64,000 bases of DNA from Chrysomallon squamiferum (Eukaryota > Animalia > Mollusca). The position numbers and the translations under genes were made by a program. The stretch is taken from assembly GCA_012295275.1 (NCBI GenBank), contig CM022670.1, forward strand, positions 25,730,001 to 25,794,000. The letters are read 5' to 3'. How positions within the stretch are numbered: position 1 is the first letter of the stretch; each line of letters starts with the position of its first letter. Under the pieces are notes generated by a model, which worked only from the letters and a program-made list of their open reading frames with translations, did no database searches and was not told where the DNA came from. Shown one piece after another: positions 54,501 to 64,000 of the stretch.

Positions 54501-55398
54501 TTTTATACCAAAATAATACATGATTAAGAATTAGTTCACAGACAAGAGTTATTACATCACAGTACAGTGTCAATTTGCTGCAATTTCCCAGTACAAAAAG
54601 AGATTTTTTTTGCGTCGTTTACCGTGTTCATGCTTTCGCGCACACCATCTGAAAGTAAATAAATGCTTTCAAAGGCTGAGCTAATAAGCACCTTGTGGAA
54701 GTTTAAAATTGCAATTGCTTGCTTCGCCGCAGAATAATAATGTCAAAGAATTGAATGAACATGGAGTCACAGGTAAACACGAAGTCTCATATAACGAATG
54801 TCAAAAACGGCACTGATTATTTTTTATGTTTTTCCACCAATATTAACAGACTTAATACATATTTATTAATTAATACCAGCAAAAACACATTTTAACATGT
54901 TTTCATGAAAACCTCTGACGTCAGGAAACCGGATTATTTTCTATTCTTTACATGACAGTATGAAAACTGAAACGCTTTTATTTGATCATATACAGCTGTA
55001 CTATTTTGTTTCAGGGAAGGTTCGTTCCCATAACAGATGATCTATTTCTCCCTTTCTTCTTCTCTCTCTCATGTGTCTATCTATCTCTCTAGTTATCTAG
55101 CTATCTCAGACACAAAAGTGTCTGTCCTTCTTTTTCTTAAATATCTCTCTCTAGTTTTCTTAATCTGTCAATACTAATTTACTCTGTATTTATTTGTCTC
55201 ATTCTGTCTACACCTTTATTCCTCTATATTTTGTCTATTTCTCGATTTATTTTTATGTAACTGGAACTGTCTGCTATCTAGCTTTTCTCTTAATCTATTG
55301 ATCTGTCTGTCTATATATCTGTCTATCTGTTATCATGTATGTATATATGTATGTGTATGCATGTGTATATAATTGTATATATATATAGATATATATAG

Positions 55399-55489
<91 letters not shown>

Positions 55490-56494
55490 TGTATTTATGT
55501 CCATATGCTCTCTAATGCCCGTGACATTCACTTTGTCTCTTTCACTCACTAAATTAAAATGATTACCTTGGCAGTAATTAATAACAACACAATTGCAGAA
55601 TTATCCGGCTAATCATTTAATTTTCGGAATGAAAATCCCAGTGTATACTAACATAAACAAAACACAATGCACTTTTCAAAAGAGAAAGAAAGGGTAAAAA
55701 AAAAAATCGATGCGAAAAATGAAAACTGCATTTATATATATCTAACGAAGATTACACACACTGCTTTTTAGCTGATAAAGCTGATTAAATCAGATTGCAA
55801 ATATGATTGATTTTCGCCGAAGATGTCATTTGACTAATTGCAAAACAAATTCTAATAAAGGTCGTACGAGTGTATCTTCTTATGTTCTTTCTGCGTAGTT
55901 AGACTTTTTCCTGGTCGTCAGTGCACTCGTCTCAACAGGGGAACTGCTTCCTTTCTAAGAGCAGGCAGAGTAGTTATTACGTCGTTTGTCTCCGTCTACA
56001 TGATGTCATGACCTACTCTGTAATCTCTGCTTCCTTAGGATGGACCACAGACCTTCTGAGATTTACCTTTGCAGACAGTTTATTCGTCTTACTGCTAGAT
56101 AATGCTCACACTGTTTAAATAAATATTCCGTTTTTTGTTAATTGAATATATCTTGTCAGTTTTAGGATAGTTTAAATAATCGTATTCCTAGAAGGGTTAA
56201 TGATTTGTATATTTTATTGAAGAATTATATTAGTCCACTGTAATATATGTCAGTATATCAACATGTCATTTCTCAGTCTTTGTATAACAGCCAAGTTAAA
56301 GTTAACAAATATGTCACTCAGTCTCGACAATTGATACTATGTTTTGGTGCAAGGTAACACTAGAAAGTACAGGGGTGTTAGGTAACACTATAAGACACAG
56401 TAATCCTGTTTCTGTGTAACGTAAAAAAATGTGATATAATGTACTTAATAATAATGGTTTAAGGTACAAATATATTGTTTTTTTTTATAAGTAA

Positions 56495-56685
56495 AGTAAT
56501 CATGTTGCGGTATAAGGTATACAAATTATATTGTGGTGTAAAGGTGCAAAAATCGTGTTGTTGTACAAAGTACACAAACCATTTTGCGGTATAAAGTACA
56601 GAGATCTCGTGGTATAAGGTACTGAAATCATGTTGTTGTATTAGAACATACAGAAATCATATTGTGGCATAAGGTACATAAATGC
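56495..56685 (+). repeat. Degenerate minisatellite, ~26-bp unit (consensus ~AAATCATGTTGTGGTATAAGGTACAC), about 7 copies
   Basis: Head-to-tail units such as aatcatgttgcggtataaggtatac, aaccattttgcggtataaagtacag and aaatcatattgtggcataaggtacat, with no unique spacers. Confidence 0.8.
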
Positions 56686-57462
56686 GATACGGTACGATAG
56701 CACTGCCGAAATTTAAAAAAAAAAAAAAAAAAACGTAACTATAACTAAAAGAAGTATTACTGACATTTTGTATTTAAAGTAAATTATCGTGCAAATTATG
56801 AGTATTCCTCATACTTTTTAGCAAGTACTACCTATTTGTCCATTATCACTATAAATAATTAATATTACATTAAGGTTATGCTTTGTCTGACGTTTATGTT
56901 TTGCTTTGTTCGCACTCAGCTAAAAGGTCATTGATATGTATATTTAATGCACGAACATTTTACGAGCTTTTAGCACTATGGACAACATTAAATAATAAAT
57001 CTGACGGCTTTGCTTCAAAATAAATCTGTTTCCTTCTGTTTAGCTAATTAATTTTATCCTTTTTCCATAACCTTTAAAACGACATCTTCTTTTATTCTTC
57101 GCATAAAACGAGATGTCCAAATTATGAAGGTAAAGTAGAAGGAAAAACAATTAAAAACGATCTCTTTATTATAGCAACTGTTCTGTTTAAATAGCAAAAG
57201 ACATTAGGAAGCCAAAGTGTTCTCTAAATTATTTATTTACTCATGTCTTAGTTTATGTTGATTTCGTTTTCGGTCTTTAAATATTTATTTCAGTAAAATA
57301 CTGTTTATTCGTATGTATTTTTTGCTGATATTTTGTTTTTGTTTTTGTTGCTGTTTGTGTGATTGTTTGTTTGTTGTTGTTGTCGTTATTTTGTTTGTTT
57401 CTTAGATTGTTTGTTTAACTTTTGTTGATTCTTAAAAATTACGGGTCGCATGCGACTGCGAT

Positions 57463-58647
57463 GGTAAACGGAGAGAAAGAAACAGGAAAGAAATAAACAA
57501 TTTTAGCTAGGAAAAAAGACGGGGAAAGAAAGAAACTGTAAAAAAAAGAAACAGGAAAGAAATAAACAATTTTGGCTAGGAAAAAAAGAAACAGGAAAAA
57601 AAAGAAACGGAAAGAAAGAAACTGGAAAAAAAAAGAAACAGGAAAGAAATAAACAATTTTGGCTAGGAAAAAAAGAAACAGGACTTAAAGAAACGGAAAG
57701 AAAGAATTACTCACAACAAATTTATTCTTATAAGCACTTGGTAGTATGATTGTTGTGTCCGACTCCAGCCAAAAGCTCGGGAATGGACTTGGAACTATTG
57801 ACACGGTCCTGGCACAAGGATTTTAGTTTCCTCTGGAGGCGAATATGACCCTTGTTCTTGCGCTTATCCGGGTGGGGGGAGGGGTTGCCAACTGCATCCT
57901 GTTGAAGAACGGTGCGTACCGTGGATTCTCCACGCTGGAACCACTGGATAACTTTCCAGACAGAAGGATGATGATGGCCAACAATGCTGAAAAACTTACT
58001 GTTCACAAATGTTGTTTGTTCGGTGGCCGTCATTGAGAGTGGCCTATTGCAAATTTTTGATCCACCTTTCTGACTCTTGATGACCTCCATACTAATTTTA
58101 TTTATATATTTGTGATAGTTATTCTAACGATGGTATTAATGATTCTGAGGAATGGTACTCCCTTACATCTTTTATATTGATATCAAGGGTAATTAAGTTG
58201 GAAGCTATCTGGGAAGCCATATATAGGATAAGATAAAGGGATAGATCTGAGGACATAAAGATAAGGGATTATCCTTTGAATGGGTCAATTAGAGAATGGC
58301 TTCTTAAATGGCTTCTAAAAGAAAATGATAATTGAGACATTTAAAGAACCCATTGAATAGGTCAAGGACTCAATGACAATTAAAACTCAATTGGGTAAAT
58401 TAATTGGGAAATTGTCTTATGTTAGAGAGATGTAGAGATATAGACTGTCATAGTGTTTATGGTGAAACATATGGATTATCATTTGCGTAATGATAATTAA
58501 TGGGTGAAGGAGGTGCATATTTATAATATTTAAGAAGCATTAAAAATATAAGTTTGGCACAATTTAAAATAGGAATTTTAGTAAAAATGTAGTGTTTCTT
58601 TCTTTCCTGTTTCTTTTTTTTAACCTGTTTCTTTCTTTCCCACAACC
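57463..58647 (-). mobile_element. Internally deleted non-autonomous Mutator-like (MULE, Phantom-type) DNA transposon, ~1.19 kb
   Basis: Imperfect terminal inverted repeats: GGTAAACGGAGAGAAAGAAACAGG versus the reverse complement of the right end, GGTTGTGGGAAAGAAAGAAACAGG. Subterminal tandem repeats lie in the left arm. The 9-bp flanks gactgcgat / gactgcctg are partially matched. A transposase remnant lies inside. Confidence 0.8.
57728..58090 (-). pseudogene. MULE transposase remnant: FLYWCH-type N-terminus fused to the frameshifted C-terminal region
   Basis: Starts MEVIKSQKGGSKIC. An alternative frame gives ATLNDGHRTNNICE, then NSKFFSIVGHHHPSVWKVIQWFQ...LKSLC...ELLAGVGHN, matching the RTNNxxE(GW)N..F...HHPxxW motif of animal MULE transposases. 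The catalytic core is missing. Confidence 0.78.
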
Positions 58648-60429
58648 GACTGCCTGTTTGTTATGAGCACTAACCCTGACACGCCTCACATTCTTCTTGC
58701 ACCGAAAACAAATGTTTTATTATCATCGTCCTTTCCCGAAATTAACAGATTTAAGTTTACTCTGACGCTGTTACTTTATTTAAGTACGCAACGTCTTCAG
58801 TCGCCGAGGACTAACGACTGTTTCATCAAAATATCGTGGTATGTGGTTTCCTACAAATGGAAAGACACAGTTATATTAATGATCCCTTGCTGTTAATGGA
58901 GAACGTAGTGGTTGCGTTTAATGACTGTTTTATAAGAACGACATCCATTAGCCGCAGATAGGCAAATATCAGTGACTTCCAGACAGTTACGTCAAGCAAA
59001 CAAATCCTCTAACCATTTAATTTCTTTCAAAATTTTATTCTTTTTTCGGCTGCCTCAGTTTCTTGCAGACAGCTTAACCATGTCATGCAGACAATTTAAT
59101 ATGGTCGATCCTCTTCCCTCTGACTTTTTTCAATTCCTGAAGAAAAAAAAAATATAAAGAAGAAAAAAAGTAACCTTCGAATCCAGCAGCTAGGGATATT
59201 AATTGACACCAATACAGTTGAGGAGTTTGTGACGCTAACGGCATACTGAGGTAACAGGTAATTACGTTAATTTCGCCATTAAGTTCTGGTTTGACAGCAA
59301 ACCGTAAATTTAACTAGATAATGGCGAGATTGCTAGATGGTGTTTACTTTACTAACATTACCCAGTTTAGTCCTGAGAGACATTTAGTCCAGTCTTTCCT
59401 TTTGTGATCACAGTCACGGGTTCAGCAGTCTTTGATGGCGAAGGCAGAAACTACAAGGGTATTTATTTATTTATTTATTTATTTTATTTTATTTTAGTTT
59501 ATTTTTGTTATTTCATTTTTTTTATTTTTTTTTATTTTTTAGAAATGGTAAATACTTTTTAATGATACCTTAGCTTTTTCTTGTACCAAATTTTTTATTA
59601 AATGTGATAAAACTGTCACTATGTGAACAAAACATCATATCATATTCTGTATAACCAAAGCAGTACAGAACAGTAAACGCAATATCATTTTAATATTATT
59701 TGAGTGAAATATCGTATAAAGAGGTGATATCGTTTCAACAAAAACTTTATCCATAACGCGTCTCTAACTTCAGTAAATTAGTTAACAGACAATTTTGCTG
59801 ATTAATGTATCGTACATTTGGACAACAGTCAGACACCCTGCAAAGCGAAAATCAGACATCGCAAGTAACCAATGAAATTTCTGTCCACTAATCATTAAGC
59901 CAATTAATATTTTATCAGATAAAAATGCATTTAATCGTATGTCGTACAAATTGTGCAGGTAATTTTGCTCTCTTGCGAGTAAATCAATTTTTCACTCTTA
60001 CTTTTCACACAGTACTGTACAACTATGGATTTGTTCGGGATTTCAGAAATAATGTAACGCCAGTCTTGTGAGAACGAAAAAAAAAAAAATACTTGACTTG
60101 AAGCTCCAATGAGAAATCTTCCGTTAGATCTCGCCGGCTTATCGCGGCTATCGAGGAAATAATGAAGACACGAGTTGGATTCTGTATGGCTTGGCGGCTT
60201 AGCTCTCTGCTTCACGGAAATCAGGACTTTAAATCGTGTGTTTGTTTATCACCCGTGTAGGATGTCCGTCAACAGATGGAACCTGGATGGGAAAGTCCGT
60301 GGTACGTATATCACAGTGTGTGTTGATTGTCATAGCCAGTTTAATAAGTAGTTTCGTGTTATTTGTTAAGAGATAATATCAGAAGATGTTACTAGAGATT
60401 TCTCTCTATATGTATTTTTCTCTGTATAT

Positions 60430-60676
60430 CATGACCGTAACTAGATTCTTTTTGAAATGAGGCAAAAACACTTAATCGTGAAGGGGTTTTGAGGACCGCC
60501 TAAGGACGCCAAATGCTCCAACTTGAAAATGGATATCGTTTCTCTCGCAATAGAGATTTATATTTTAGATATTTAAAAAAAATCTTTGTATAAAAAAAAA
60601 TAAAAAATAAAAATGAACATCGTCAGTTTCGGTACGAGGCATTTGCCTCAGTTGCCTCAATTTAGTTATGGCCATG
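60430..60676. mobile_element. MITE-like element (~247 bp) with CA..TG termini
   Basis: Left end CATGACCGTAACTA versus reverse complement of right end CATGGCCATAACTA (12/14). Inner inverted motif TGAGGCAA/TTGCCTCA. No clean target-site duplication. Confidence 0.55.
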
Positions 60677-60686
60677 TGTATGCGTA

Positions 60687-60780
<94 letters not shown>

Positions 60781-63700
60781 TATATAGATATATATATATA
60801 TACACATACATACATATATACATATATACACCATGATCGTCGTCATTATCATCGTCATCATCATCATATTATTATTATGTAAGTTTATTTAAAATATTTT
60901 TATTTATATTAGGTTTCTACTGAATATCGTGTTCATATATCATGATCTAATAATGATCTTATCCGGATTAGAGATTCTGAAATATAGTCCGACAGTGAAT
61001 TCAACCTGAACTTATCTGAAGCTGTTCAGATCATGAATATTTTATTACGTATAATATCCCGTAATCTCAAGTGATCTTGTTTTGTCTGTGTATCCATTCA
61101 AATGTAAATTAATGCATATTAAAATTTTGCATTTGCTTTTAATATAACGATGTTTTTAATAAGCCTCTTTTTCAACGAGTCAGAGCCATAAGAGAAAGCT
61201 AAATATTCAAAATCAAAACAGTTAAAAGTAATTAGTAATAATAACGAAAGAAAAAACATATGTAATTATTAAGAAGAACAATTTGTTCATATAAAAAATT
61301 CCAGCCTTTCTGGCTCACTTTAAATCTGTCATTAGCTCAGTAAATCTGTTTGACATCATTTTAGCAAATTTAACTGTCTCTTCATTCAAATAATTTTCAG
61401 TGATATCAAATCTCCACGGCGTATTTCTTACTTGCGACCTATATGCAAGAAAAATTGTGGTAATACACTGTTGAATTTTTTGTATTATTGTTATTTTTAC
61501 TACTAGTTTAATGTATCTCAGAATGAATGATTTGAAACTGGAATGACATCTGGTAACATTAATGTATTTAAATTCATCGATCAGTATTAGGCTTTTCGTT
61601 TCTTTCTGAAAGGAAAAGTCAACTCAGAAAACTGTGTATAGGTCGTACAGAAAAACGTTAGATTCAGATTAATGGAAGGGATGTTTTTAAAAAAAAAAAA
61701 AAAAAAAAAGAAGAGAAATATGTACACATCTGGAAATTGAAATTTTAATATTAACATTCCATTAATAAGGAAATCGTTTTTCAGAAATATGTTTTATAGA
61801 TTAGTGTCAGCTGAAGTCCGCAATTTTGTTTAAATATTTATTAAACTAGAAGAAATTAGAAGTACATAAAAGATTTCCCGATATTTACAAGGGTGAATCC
61901 AGTCAAGTAAAAGGCGGAGTGCTACTTCACTGTAGTCGCGGAAAGTTATCAAGATGAAACGGTTAAATTATATACAATATAGATTTAAAAATGTAGATGT
62001 ATAGATACATACGCAGACAGCATACATAGAGAATATCAAAAACAACGTACATCCATCCATACAAGCATTCAGATGGACATATACAAACTCCCAAAAATAT
62101 ACATATAGAAATTCACAAAAGCACACACAAGTACATACATACAAACATGCATACATACATACATACACACATACTACATATATATACATACATGCATGCA
62201 TGCACGCACACACTCTCACACTCACACACATACATACATTCATATACATAGAGTTATACATACACGCATACATACATACATAACCAGCAGTAAAAAAAAC
62301 CCCAGGATGTTGCTCTCTAATATCAGCCGTCTGTAACCGCACGTGATTTATGTCTGTCAAAAACCACTGCACGCTTAAATTACTTCATCCGCTGCGCTTC
62401 GCAGACTGTATTGACATTCGGATCGAACTTTTGTTCAGATGGATTTTGTTTGCAGTTTTAAACCAGTTTTAAGTGTGGATCATAACTGCCATATGCACTG
62501 GATTTATTTCTGTCTCGTTAACAGACTGCGTGATGTAACAGACGAGATATCGAATGAGGTCTGTCGAAGAGGATTCGCATGTTGTTAACGGCACCTGTGA
62601 GTGAAACGACAGAAAACCTCCTAATCTGATCTTCTTTAGTTAGCACACTTGTTTAAAACCAGACTGCTTAGAAGATGACAGCAGTTTCTGAAGCAGGCGT
62701 TTTGACGACTAAAGAAAAACAAAATGAAATTCAGGAGTAATATGTGTAAAAATCCACTTTATATTTTATTTTATTTTGATGACTGATATCTTTTTATTTT
62801 TTTATTGTTTTGGTTGTTATTGTTGTTGTTGTTATTCTGTTGTTTTGTTTGTTGTTCTTTTTTGTTTGTTGTATTGGTTTTATTGGTGTTTTTTTTTTTT
62901 TTTTTTTAATTCCTATATCCGTTCTTGCTAGTCAAAACTGATAAAAAGAACAACACTAATGTTCAAACCATATATAACAACAAAAACAATATCAACAACG
63001 TTTTGATTAATATTTAGAAATATTGATAGAAAGACAGACGGACAAACAGGTCTAGAAATAAACACAGACAGACATTCTAATGAAACTTCTCTGTTCAAAC
63101 ATGATGAATGATCAAATCAATTACAAACATAACAATAGACGAATGATTTAGTGCAGCAAGTTCAAGATAATGCAATGGTAATTATATGCATAACACGTCC
63201 CTATTTGCTCGTGTCTAATACGGAAAGTGTCACAAAACCATTAAATTTCCTTTCTGCCTTTTAAATCTACATTCGTGAAAATTAACTAAAAAGAAAAAGA
63301 AAAAAAAAATCACAACAACATCAATACAGCAAAAACTAAGAGCAAACAAAACTCACACAAAGAAAAGACAGATAGTTAATGTAATTCAGTTTGTTTTTAA
63401 TATCTAACATAGTATAATGAATTACTCAGATAACTGTTTTATCGCAATGCATTTTTCTTTTCACTAACAGGCTATTATTATTATTATTATTACTGTTAGT
63501 GTTTTTGTGGATGATGTTATATTACTTTTATCATCATATCATTTTTAATATTATTAAATTGTTATTGTTATTTTTATTATTAACAGCAGTAGCAGTGGCA
63601 GAAGTAGTGGTAGTAGTGGTAACAATCACAACAATAGCAACAATAGTGGAGTAATAGCAGTATAATAGTAATATGTTTATGTATATATATATATATATAT

Positions 63701-64000
63701 ATATTGTTTTAATACTGTACATATATATATATATGTATGTATGTAAGTATGTATGTATGTATGTATGTATGTATGTATGTATGTATGTATGTATGTTGGT
63801 CAATATTTTAAAAATTTGGTGAAAATTCTGTGCCGTTTTTCTTACTGATACTGTATTCATCCATCCATCCACCTATTAATTCATTTTTTCATTTATTTAT
63901 CGATTCATTCATCTATCCATTTTTTTTTTTTAAGTTCTTTCATTCACTTATTCACTGGTGTGTCGGCTATGGAACTGTTAAGCTTGATCGTAACCTTATA

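Noticed and set aside
56495-56685. CRISPR-like periodic repeat
   Set aside because: Units are contiguous and degenerate, with no unique spacers or cas genes, in eukaryotic DNA; it is a minisatellite.

Overview
AT-rich, microsatellite-dense, intron-containing eukaryotic DNA; it reads like an invertebrate (possibly mollusc) genome, which is an inference. I joined exons manually across GT-AG introns and recovered four genes. (1) A small secreted orphan protein on + (1513-1854). (2, 3) Two tandem minus-strand paralogues (CDS 3280-7874, 558 aa; CDS 11642-17372, 542 aa), each with six coding exons and identical intron phases. Each encodes signal peptide + long low-complexity pro-region + conserved FHFRK(K/R)R|MAG furin-type site + a 107-110 aa, 10-cysteine Spaetzle/NGF-type cystine knot. 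The final knot exons are missing from the ORF track in their true frame. (4) A TMEM272-like membrane protein on + (core exons 34882-38765, candidate upstream exons at 19040 and 27779). From 39 kb onward I find no convincing host gene. That region holds an internally deleted Mutator-type transposon (57463-58647), a small MITE, a 26-bp minisatellite and decayed repeats. Near 23-26 kb there is a local duplication with a template-switch-like palindrome. The best candidate for an undescribed system is the pair of furin-activated Spaetzle-like ligands with a non-canonical cysteine pattern.
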